Below, one piece after another: positions 23,513 through 35,900 of a stretch of 64,000 bases of DNA; within the stretch, counting starts at the first letter, position 1, and each line of letters starts with the position of its first letter. The stretch is from Lingula anatina. Lineage: Eukaryota; Animalia; Brachiopoda. A program made the position numbers and the translations under genes. Under the pieces are notes generated by a model. It was not told where the DNA came from. It saw only the letters and a list, made by a program, of their open reading frames with translations, and ran no database searches. Location of the stretch: contig CM120640.1 in the NCBI GenBank assembly GCA_051362555.1, positions 17,732,001-17,796,000 of the forward strand, given 5' to 3'.

Positions 23513-26500
23513 AATAGAGTACGTTATTCTTAAAATCCAGAATATTACTTTCACTTCTGTATCTTTAGGATCAAACAGAAAACGTATTCAAAAAGCGTAT
23601 TTATTCAGGTAAAAATGACTGTCATTCACAAATGGCAGAGTACAGTTACAAATGATAAAATAAAATATTTCTGTACAATGTACATCATCATAACGAATAA
23701 TAAAGTAGTGAATTATAATAAATAATTGTACTTTGAGATTATATTATGGCTTTTCATAGTATAGTATAGCTTTATTTTATGAAACTATGGCATAACATGA
23801 GAAAATTGAAGAGAAACTGACCGGTCAAGTGGAATCAAATTAAATTAAAGTTTTATCATATAATTATATTTATTTTATTATTTATATCGATCAATCCTTA
23901 TGGCATAATTTGATAATTAAAATAATTGATGTCTGATTTTAAGGAAAATGAAACACGATCATTGATTCAATCTTAGTACGCCGTGTCAGTATGCAGAAAA
24001 TTTAATATAAAACTAGCGATTTGAAAATCATGAACGATTGTCAACATGTAACTTTTGCATGTGCCAGTCCGTGTCCTGTTCCAAAATACGGAAGACTACG
24101 GCAGCTTCTTTCAGCCGTATGTGCATTTTGCAGTATCTTGGCAAAGGAAATGGCAGTGTTCTGAAATATGAAAATAACACACGTTATTGGCATAATTAAA
24201 TATCCCCATGTCATTTAAACTTAGCTTAGGTAAAATGATAATGGAAGAGGCATGCAGTCCAAGATCCCAAATTATCCGATATTTCACAAATTTCAATGGA
24301 TGTTGTACATCCATTTCTATTACACTACGAGAATGACATGGAAAAACGCGACAGTATTATTAGAAAGCGTTCTCAAAGTAAAGGTTTAAACGAATACGAA
24401 TTATTCCGTCAAGGAACAGAATTCATTACTGAACTGAATAAAGATTTTATAGAAGGCAAATGAAACAATGCGTAATTTAGTTTTCTCGTGAACAATTAAC
24501 AGATCTAATAATGAACAGCTCAACATTCATATAGTTCAGGAATACAACAATCGAAATAATACTAGCCAGAATTGAAAAAAAAATTAAACTCGTGACTAGA
24601 ATTAATTGATTGGAAAGCGAGTCATTCTACTTGGCAATTTTTTGATATTTGTTTAGTGGTCTTGCAGCTGATCTCAAATTTCATTGTGTGACATTTTTGT
24701 TCAAATTTGATAGCGTGAGCAATACTGAAAATTCAAAATGAATACAATATCATGTTAGCGTTATCCCCGCACGAACGCGCCTCGCTCAATATCGTCGTGC
24801 TGTTGTGCGCACAAAAAGGTAGCCAAAAATAATTAATTAGGTAAGATTCGTATGTGTTTTACTCTTCGATAGATGTAGCTAAAGTTTTACAGCATTTGTT
24901 TTCTTCACTTCTTATGATTTATCCATCCTAAAATCGGTAATTTTGAGCGATGACTATTTGAAAGTGCAAAACGTGCGAATGGGGCAGGCATAACCCTTGG
25001 CCATGGTCAGTATACAAACTTGTCCAAGTCATGGTAATTTTTAAGAATGATATGCGAACAAAACAGAAAACGTAACACAACATGAGTTCCCTTGTATTAA
25101 CTTAACACATTCTTTCAGAAAATGCTGAAAATTAACTTTGTTCTCCGGTATTCAGTGGTCAATCAACCCTAGGGAAAAAAGCCACACAGGATGTGAAAGA
25201 CCGACATCTAATCAGGCCTTGTCTTCTCAGTCAAATAATAGAATTCAGAAAGTGCCAATTACACAACCAACCTTAAATAAAACTCCAACCTGCAAATGTT
25301 TTTTACAAGTTTTGATAACCAAATTATCAAGCCAGTTTTGATAATAAAATTTCAAACGGATCTGCAACAAATTGTATATAATAAGGATTTTTCGAACATT
25401 TGAAATAAAAAAAGATAAAGATGAACGTCAGTCCTGCAAAGACCTCTTTAATGTAAAATGCCGAAATCAAACACTTTCAAACACTTTTTTCTTTTATGAA
25501 CATTTACCATATCTGCTTTGGAAAATTGGTAGAAAGCAAAAGCAACGCACAAATGGGCTCAATGCCGATGATGAAATTCTGGTTGCAACCGTTTACCTTA
25601 TCGAGTACGCAAAAAATTATCCTATGCAAAAGAAATTGCACGTCAATTTTGTGAAAAATCCACCCTACCCGGTTTCCTTTTCTTAAAACAAATATTTTGG
25701 ACCCCTCCCAGCAGTAATAATAAGGGTATTTCATTGATCAGATGCACAATGTCAAAACACCGAGAACCAAAGAAAGTTTAATCATAACTTGCGTCACAAT
25801 CGCATATTCACAGTTTTAGAAATAACTTTTCAATGCGTGTGGGCAATTCCGCAATAACTTGAGTACATTCTGTCTGTTTCATCATGCTGTAACTGTTGTA
25901 ATTTAGATTACCAAATTGTAGTTTTCCTCTTCAACCGAACAGGCAGTTTCTCTCCCGAAAGAAGTTTTCTCTTTGCATTTTACGTGATGGGGTTGCCACA
26001 ACTTTTTATCTGATTCGTCATTATGTCCAAGCTTCTATCAAGAACGTCCTTGCTACTATTTACAGTGAATTAATATGATACCAATAACATAAATTTTATT
26101 CCAAGGAACCAAAATGGAATGTTTTCAAGTTCAGGACAAACCTTTTAAATTTTAATGACCTTATACCAGACGTTTTAATTGTTATATTTAGAAGCGAATA
26201 AAAAATATCTTGAGCACTGAAACTGAGTGAATTTGTTCTTACCTGCATGCTCAAAAAAGGTTAGTTCGGTAGAGAAACATTTATATGTTATCAGTTTCTT
26301 TAATAAAAGTGGTATTTTTGTTTTAGAAAACAAATCGCTGTGGTTGTGATATAAAAGAGCCTAACAATTTGCAAATAAAGTTACCTACTAAAATCATTTA
26401 AGTCGGAAGCAGCGTTGGGTATTTTTAACAGCGGGAATTAGCCTCTAACATCTTTATTGGGAAACGAGTTCCCTCTGGAAAAATAACAGATGATAAATTA

Positions 26501-27241
26501 TTTAAACTTCAAATTGATTATGGAAGTTTATGGGAAAGCATCGTTCACGTCAATAAACTGTCACCATGCTCGTCATACTAAGAGTGCGAAAGGTATCATT
26601 TTGGACAAATCTCATTAACGCAAAGAAAAGCAATGTTATCTTACAACATTTATACGTACTGCTGTCGTTTTTACTGGCAAATTTTCGGCTAACATGTAGA
26701 AATATTGAAGCAACGTGGCATGTGGCTTCCTTCCATCTTCTTCTGACCTTGGTCATATATGAACACCTCTCACCTAAAATGCTCACCTGATTTACATAAT
26801 CATATTCAGTTCACTCACTTTCCGTACCGAAGCCTCGATGTAAAATTTAGTCTTTAATATTATAAAGTGCAAAGAATAGCAATCCCGGGAAAGAGATTCG
26901 CATTTGCTGAAATCATATTAAAATGCCAAAACAAGGTCGAATGAATGGTTCCAAAAACAAGATGCAATTTTACCAATTTTACCATCAGGTTTCCGTGTAA
27001 TCATATCAGAAAGGTTAATTTTTTTGATGTATGAAATATTTATAAGCTATAATCTCTTTTATATTCGTAAAATAAAGAAATGTACAGTTCCTGGAGACAG
27101 TTTCCCAGCAGAACTCGGGGAGGAAACAAGAAGAAGTAACCGGCTTTTTAACGCATTCGATCAATATGTGCAAAATTTCCCATTGATCTCAGGGGTACCC
27201 ATTGCGATGGGGATAATCGTTTACTTTATTGTACGTTAGGC

Positions 27242-27279
<38 letters not shown>
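27242..27279 (+). repeat. (AAT)n microsatellite
   Basis: Directly visible. Confidence 0.9.
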
Positions 27280-27280
<1 letters not shown>

Positions 27281-29948
27281 CTTCTCTGTCGCAATTCGTG
27301 TGCCCAAAACTTCCCTGCCTCGTGAGTCTGATAGAAAAGGAAAACCAGTTATCAAGCTCTATACGGGTGGCAATTGCATTTTCTTTTGGATAAAAGATAG
27401 GGTTGCATACAAATCGAGTCAAAAGTACCTTAAAAGCAAAAGTCAAAACCCGTAAAAAATTTTAAACTGCAGTTTTTGGGCGCTTGTACATTGTTTAATG
27501 TTCGGACTTATAAGCTTAAAAAATAGCACGTGTGAAAATATGCTCTTCCAAGTGAATGCAAAAAAAAAAAAATAATAATAAAAATAAAAAAAATAATAAT
27601 AATAATAAAAATAATAAATAAAAAAATAATAAATAAATAAAAAATGAAATAAAAATTCATCTTGAAAACCAATGTTGAATATTTCTTTTTAAATGTTTGA
27701 AGTGCAACCAGAAAACACTGTTTTGTCTGGGTCCATTTTTAAATGCCTTTATATTTTGGCCAAAATACTAAGAGATCTGTCCAATTTGAGGCTTCTGGCT
27801 TCCCCAGAAACCATATAATAATCAAATTTGACAACAAAAACAAGTACTTCCAGAGAAAAATAAACACTTTTTTGGAGGGGGGAGGGGGGGGGGAGAGATT
27901 CCAAGTGAAGTGCATCTCTCCGGATAAATGAGGAGAAAAATCAAACTCTGAACCATGTCCGAATATATTTTATTCTTCCAGACCTCTGCTCTTAATGTTT
28001 GCTGAAGTAAAGCATATCCAAAAAAATATATAAAGCATTTAGAGTTTGATTTTACTGCCAAGTGTTTGGACTTCAGTTTCCTTTTCTTAATATATATATT
28101 TATGTATAAGCCGACAGATATACAGAAATATTTTGAATGAATAAGTACCAGCAAACAAAGACTTCTCCCATCACTATACATCATTTCAACTCCAAACTTG
28201 AAAAGAATCCAATAATGCTTTAACTATAAACAACCTTCCTTTGTCATCAACTGGATTTCACATTGAAAAACGACACTTATATAATTTAATATTATTACTC
28301 TACACAGTATACCAGCATTACTTCATATAAAATAATATATTTCAGAGTAACAACTGCATGCAGACATGATAATCAATATATGGAACTTCACACTGTTTCA
28401 TGCATCTTTTCATAATCTTTTGGTGATAAATCTAATAATGTCTTCATATTTCTGTACATGAGAAACAGCCATCGTCATTTCATCAATATAAGCCCATAAG
28501 CTACACTCAGTGACGATGCATTCACATATACTTGTACGATATAATCTATCACAGACAAATGTACACGTAACAGGCAGTCTCCAGCATAACAAGGTTATGT
28601 ATAACCACAACGATATGTCACAGTGATTATGTGTTTTCACTCTTAATACATTTACATGAATCCTCATGATACAATATTGGGCTTATGCGCCTTTCTCATT
28701 AATTGATTACAATAATTAGTATGCCAATTTTAAGAATGTTATGAAGTATTTGATGAGCCAGTTTGTGGGAGTTTTCAGCACATACATAAACACACACTAT
28801 TAAAATAAAAATAAATAAATAAATAAAACTCTACAAATTGTGGCAATAAAAAAGTTCAATCAAAACACAGTAACTAAAAGCTCTAATATTTAAATGCCCT
28901 ATAAATGGTCAAACATTTACACCCTCTGAAATTATTGGACGGACAAAAGTCAACTGACACTTGATTAGTGCCTAAATGTAAAACAGATCTCATATACTTA
29001 AAACAGCTGCTTTAATCTATGAAAGAACCTAATACTTTTGATAAATAAGAATATCTAATACTGTTATTTTGTTCTGCCAAATGTAAAGAGAGAAGGGAAA
29101 AAACTCAACATTTAGGTACAAAGACAACTACCTCTCTCTCTTCACATTATCAAACTAATTGTTGGACTGGGCTCACACTTAAGATCAACTCAAGTCAAAT
29201 AGCCCTAGAAATTTTACCAAATCAAAATTTTGTGTACAATTGAAAACTGGCAAGAAAAGAAAATCTCCAATCATCATTTGTTATCCTTTACCAAGAATAA
29301 AAGGTACTGATATCTATATTTCTAAACTGACCAGGGGAAAGAAACAGTGGACTGAAAAACATGATTTAAAGGAAAATTCTCTTATTATCATTTTAGGGAA
29401 AAGAGATGATGTCCTCTGTTGATACCAGTTATACCATGTCCATCTGTCCTTAACTTCATAGTAGGCACTGTAGGATTATCACAATTTACAAATGCAACAC
29501 AGGCAAATGGTGCCTGGGTCCAATATATAAATAGAACCCAAGATAGTCAATTAACAGCTACTGTTAAATGTACTCTCCCCTTTCATTTAATAATATTTGT
29601 CGACTGTCAACAATACAATTGTCAGATATTAATGGTGTCAAGTATTAAGTAGATTAAAACCCTGTGGAATCTACCCAGAAGTAAAGCTGCATACCCATAT
29701 GAAACTACACAATATGAAAAATCTTACATTTTGAACTGTATTAATAAAATACTAATAATAGATAATAAGTGCTGAACAGTGTTCCTAGAATGACTCCGAT
29801 GTTTATGGTTTTATTTGAATGTATTGCAAGAATGAATACGCTGTTTGAAACCACCACTGTCCCTGAACACCTCAAATCTTACACCTTCCATCCACATCCA
29901 GAGACACTGTCATATGCTGAAGAATCATTTCTCCTTAGTCTAATGAAA

Positions 29949-32900
29949 TCATGCACTGTCCATGAGGTCCAGTAAGTCGTCACCACCACCATTGTCTTGG
30001 TCATCGCTGGCAACATTCAACTCACCCATGATCTTATTTAGCTCTTGATTTTGTTGCTTCTGCAATGCCATGAATGTAGTTTAAACACTGTGACAAGTTG
30101 TAAATGTTATCATAATTTATCATGCGCATATCACGCATGTACAGGAATATACATGCTGTGTGTGTTTGCATTTCAAAATAAAGAGTGATTTAAGATGAAG
30201 CCAATACTTCTCACTTAAAAATGACATGACAAAAACTGGCAACAATGTGTGTTTAATTAAGTCGTACTTAATTATATGTCAGAGGTACCAGAATTTCTTA
30301 CCTTAGTAGCATCTATATTGATAACCTGTGACCCTGGTTCCTCTGCTGGCCTTAGTGCAGCCGCTTCTCTGGAGAAATGAAGATGTAATCACACAAGAAT
30401 GGCACGCATTTCAAACCAAAATACCACACATTTTGGACATCAAAGGAACTTGACAGCAACACACTTGCTTTCTCAATAATAAAAATTGCAAAGATTTCAT
30501 GTTATTTACATTAATCTCCAGACTCGTCCTGAAGTAGCCATATACTTACTCCTCCTCTGCATCAGTGGTGAATAAATTTAATCTGAATTCCGATTTTTTG
30601 GTTGTCTTTTTCTCCCCACCACCAATAAGCCTTGAAAGTAAATCTAGTTGAGCTTTTGCCATTGGATTAGGCCCATGGTCCTGGAAAAGTAACCATATGA
30701 TATTAGCGCAGCTGCAGACAAAGGAAACATGCTGTAATTCTTGGAATAATAGATACTTAGATTGAATCCTATTGAATAAGCCTCAACATGCATCCGTAAT
30801 TAAGCTTATGAGCCTGTGAGGTTGTTCACACACGTGTGCATGTGCTTGCATGTTTGTATATGAGTAGCACATCTTCACATTGTGGTAAGTTTATAACAGA
30901 TAGGGACTAAAGGTAAAAAAGAAGTAAACAGAAATTGCAATACCTAACAATATTACACATATCTCCAGATAGTCTGCTGCATTAATTATTTCAAAGACAT
31001 TAATCGTATCAGGTATGTGAGTGAAAGGCAAAAAAAATCTGAGAATCCCCTTAAAAACCACACTCAAGGCCCAGATCTGGTCAGAATTAAATCTCCCAAC
31101 ATCATGTAATCCAGTAAATAATTTATCAATTACACATCTTATGTATATAGCATACTCCATAATTACCATGTCTGTTGCTGAAGAAGTTGTGGAGCCAGGT
31201 TTTGAAGGTCCACTGCCTGCCATTGCCTCTACACTGCTTTTAGCCACATTGTACCTGAGGGGTAGGTATGATATAAAATATACTTCAAAACATACTACCT
31301 AGTCAACAAAGACATATCTTCTACATCTATGCTTGCAAATACATTAGTGCACATGGTTCATCATATGCAGCACCTATGCAAACAACTCTAGATTACTATG
31401 GAGTCATATTCTAAATTTGAATTCAATTGAAGAAAAATGCTATAAATTAGGCAAGAAGTATGTTCCCAATTCTGAGTTCTCGAAGCTTACATGTTGGTCC
31501 CCAACTTCGTCTCCCTGTTTCCTTTCATATCAGAGCTGCCTTCTTTCTCTGTCAGTTTGTATGGCCCAGCTGCGTAGAATGAACTGGTCTTTACTTGGTC
31601 ACCTTGAGAGTTAAATATTCTGGAGAAAAGAAACACAAAATAAACATAACAAAATATTAGAAAAACAAAATTCTGTGTGCTGAACTGTCTCAGTAAACAC
31701 CCCAGCAGACAAATATTCATTCAAGATTAATCAACTGAGAGTATTAATGAAATAAGGTGACTGTGTTATTTCATCATTGGCTAATCTCATAATGAACTTC
31801 CAGGGAGAATCAATCTCAGCTCAATACAATGTAATACTGTTACATAATGTACAGATCCTGGTGTGTTAACATTGGCAAAATTTATTAAAAGTTTAAACCC
31901 TAAAAACTTATCTCCCATTTTCTCGACGCATTTAAACCTTATGAAAAAAAAAAAAAAAAGATCAAAGTGAAGATTGAAAATCCTGAACTCTGGCATAATC
32001 TTTTTTTTTCAAATGGTCATTTTTTGAATTTTTTATTCTACCTGTGTGTTCAACATGCTCATGTGAAAGGTCTGACAATGCTATGAATGCAAGTGGGTTG
32101 CATGTGATAGGAAGTTGAGTGTGACAGTGTGTTAGTTGTGATAATGTGTCACGTAAGACTTAATACAAACCTAATCGTTCCTGGCATTTCTGTCCCATAT
32201 GGTAAAGCCCCAGAAGTGGACAATACAAACCGCCCATTAGAATTTTGAACTTTGTCTTTTAGGAATATTGACACCTAGAAAAAATCATCCCTCAATAATA
32301 CTGGATCCTTTTATCTGTAATGCTCAACAGAATGAAAATTCCACTGACAGATGAGTGACAATCCATGTTAATCTAGCTAATGTATGCCCTTTGGCAGTAC
32401 AGATCTCAACAATTAAATCAATGATGCGTTAGTGCATTGGCATGGCCCTGGTTGAGGTTTATATAGAAAATAGTTCAATAATACATGAAGCAACAAAATG
32501 GGAACACTTATATGGCTCTAGATAAAGATTATGAAATAGTTTGCTTACATTAACAGCATTACTTCTACTGCAGTAAGTCAATCTGACAAAGGCTGATACA
32601 TTGGCTTGGAATAAGAAAATCAATAACTCCACAAATCTGATGAGTAATTAATTGGAATTCCAATTCTCCTTCTAGTGTTTAACTAGTTCAAGCCTGCTTA
32701 TATTTTTGTGACTTGTATCTTAAAACAAAATTATAACTTACTCTTATATGCATATCTTGGAAGAAAATTAATAACGTCTGCCTAATCAACTGGAATTCAC
32801 CCAAAGACATACTGCCAAAGTTCTGAAGAGAAAAATGAAACAATAAAATACAAATTTTGAAAAATGACTGCTGAGAGGATGTGACAAAGAATTACATAAA

Positions 32901-35900
32901 ATGAATCTGTTTTTACAATTTTTTGTGCTTTATAAAATATTTATGCAATACTATGCATCTGATGAGGTTTTACATTTGTAAGTGTATATAGAAAACCAAG
33001 TATTAAAATGGTTCCAATTACTAAATCAAGATTGCCTATGAAGTATATGGTGATCAGTAATTGCTATGTTACCAGCTTCAACTTGACATTTTGCCTGCTC
33101 ATTAATCAAACGTGATTTCACATTAATGGATAAAGGGAGAACAAAATACCGACTTTATGACAGCAACATTCAAAGAGAGAGAGAGAGAGAGGGAAGTATC
33201 AAAGTATCTTTCAAACCAGTGGTACAGTAATCAATATCATGCATCCAATAAAGATGAATTAATAAAAGTAGCTGTTATCTTTCTGCTAACTAGAGCAAAG
33301 GCCAGCATATCCTGGATACCTGATCAACACTGCTGAACACTAGCAACAATGCTTGACCACTCATCAAACATTTTGTTAACTGAGTCAGACAATTGTCAGC
33401 ATCTGAAGCACACTAGGGTTTGTGCATACAAGATACACTATATGTTGTTCTTTCAGAAATAATAAATCTATGTTGCGAAAAGAGAGTTTGGATTTCTGTC
33501 TGAAACAGACTTGTATTTCTGCATCAGAGAGTCAGTACTAGTACATGTTACTTTTTATAACTTGTATTTATAACTAGTTTTAAATGTAATTAGAGAAATA
33601 TATGGTAAGTGAGGGTTCTGACTTCTAAAAAAATTGTCACATGATCAAACTACCCAAGTTACATACATAAATGAAGGAAATATAGCTGGTGACCATTCCT
33701 GTTTCATCAAGTATTTCAATTCATCATCGCTCACTGAGAATCAAGCACATATTTGATAAAAACAGTGCTCAAATATTGTGAGCACAAATGCCTTTACAGA
33801 TCTAAGGAAATGATACGGAACTGGGGTATATCCTGCAGATATGTACATAAACTAGGCAGAAGAAAAGTGGGTAAATACTGCCACTTCATCAAATATTCGA
33901 TAACTTTGTGCTCGCACCTGACATCTTATCAAATAATGTTTAACAGGCCATAATGCTTCTTTTAAGAAAAAACGAGAGCAAATATAGCACAGCTTATCCT
34001 TATTTTATTTGTTGATATGTGTAAACACACTACTAATGGCATGTACAGAAATATCCCTTAGTGGTTAAAATCATTATCATGGGTTATAGAAAATGAAAAA
34101 TATATATTAAACTGTCTCCATGATTATTTCCCTACAATTATGAAGTAGGGCCAATTTAAATATATTTTATGTTTATGCCCCAATAAATCATTTCAGTGAG
34201 GTCAGTTTATAGGACTCAAGATTTTTTCAGTGATTGCATTTTTGATCACTCATAACGAAAGATGACTTTTTTGTACTTTCCCAACTACTGTGTGCTATTT
34301 AGCTGGGAATGCATCCGTTGTCTCTAAATGTAACATGTGTTATCATGCTGAGTTCTGATATACATCCTGAAAATGTTTATAATATAAAGGAGCTGATGTG
34401 TTTTAAAACCTACCTGTTTAATCAGTGTATATACGTACTCCACCTGTGACTTGACATTGGGTGCATCTTGAACGAAGGCGGCAATGGCATCCATGTGGTT
34501 CAGTGTGATCATGAGGATGTCGCGGGGACGTAGACACAAGGACACTTGGTATTTGAAGGCCATGGTCATCAGATCATACAGCTGCAAAACAAGATAATTT
34601 TCTAAATTGTGTAAAATAATATTTCATATATAGTACAAATTCATTCTCTTGACGAAGAATACAGCCAGCAAATGTAACTAAATCTAAATTAAGTTTTCAA
34701 TTTTACTTATTAAAATATCAAGATATCAATGAACTTGCTGCCAAACTAAGACCCCATTCCCAAAGATTTTAGATCGATCTATCCCTGTGGGGAGTCTAAC
34801 TAGATTACTGTCAGCTTAGCCGGCTTAAGCGTCTGTCCTGTCTACTAAAAGCTCTAAGGGGGTAATTAACTATGGTGTGCGCTCGGCTGACTGCAATTTA
34901 GCGTGAACCCCCAGGGAGTTAGGTCGATCTAAATCTAAATCTCTGGATCGATCTAAATCTCTGGGAATGCACTCTAAGGCTCATTGTGGCAAATAGCAGA
35001 TATATTTAAAACCTGGTCAAATTCTTCAGTATCTTTGGTAAATTATTTCTTTGTGACAGGGTAAAGGTATTATTGTGTGTGTGTATGCATGTGCGTGTGT
35101 GTGTGTGCCTGGGGGGGGGGACTTTTCAAGAAAAACAGGCAATTCACAGGACTGATTCTTTTTCAAATACCTCATAATGTTTAAAATCAATCCCAATGCA
35201 TTTTCTCCCTTTCAACAAAACCTATGTTTAAGGCTCATTCAATATTCTTTAAAGAAATTAAAAAAGCAATAAGCCACAAAATTGCTCTTACACTTGACTG
35301 AAAAACTAAAGCACTCAATGCCACGTCATACATATTTACAAATTCAGAACAATGATCAGTCAACAGTATGCATTAGGGTTTACTGCTAACACCTTGTAAA
35401 CAACTACATCAATATAGGTCACAGAATATTGAATCTCAATAATAAACTCAAAGAGAAGGCCAATCTCTGCATTGTTTTCGGTTAATCTGCCACGAGAGCT
35501 GTGGACTTCAGACACCTCTGATACGGATAAAGTGCATTGATTTTAGGAAATGAACCATGCTGTGAGAAATGATACTTGGTATAATTTCTATCATGCGATC
35601 AACACTTTCCATTTACCAAGGCACTAAAGTACTGCTCACTTTCAATAGCTAAATATACAGATTGCTTGACGTTCAATGTGTTTAAAAGTCCCCATGACTT
35701 TCAGTGTCCCAGAAGTACAACTGACCACATACACTAAATTGAAGTCCAATTTTTTCTTTACCCTTGGGTCTAATATATGTTCAGTACTATATATATTCTG
35801 ATCTTGCAACTGAAGTCTGAATAAATGCAATATTAAGGTATTAAAATGGTTAAGAAAATGTGCATGTGTCCTGCAAAAATATGTACTTGCCAAAATGGTC

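Noticed and set aside
25900-26790. Possible minus-strand exons (KLGHNDESDKKLWQ... frame; donor at ~26202)
   Set aside because: Weak acceptors, no recognisable homology, and no coherent gene model.
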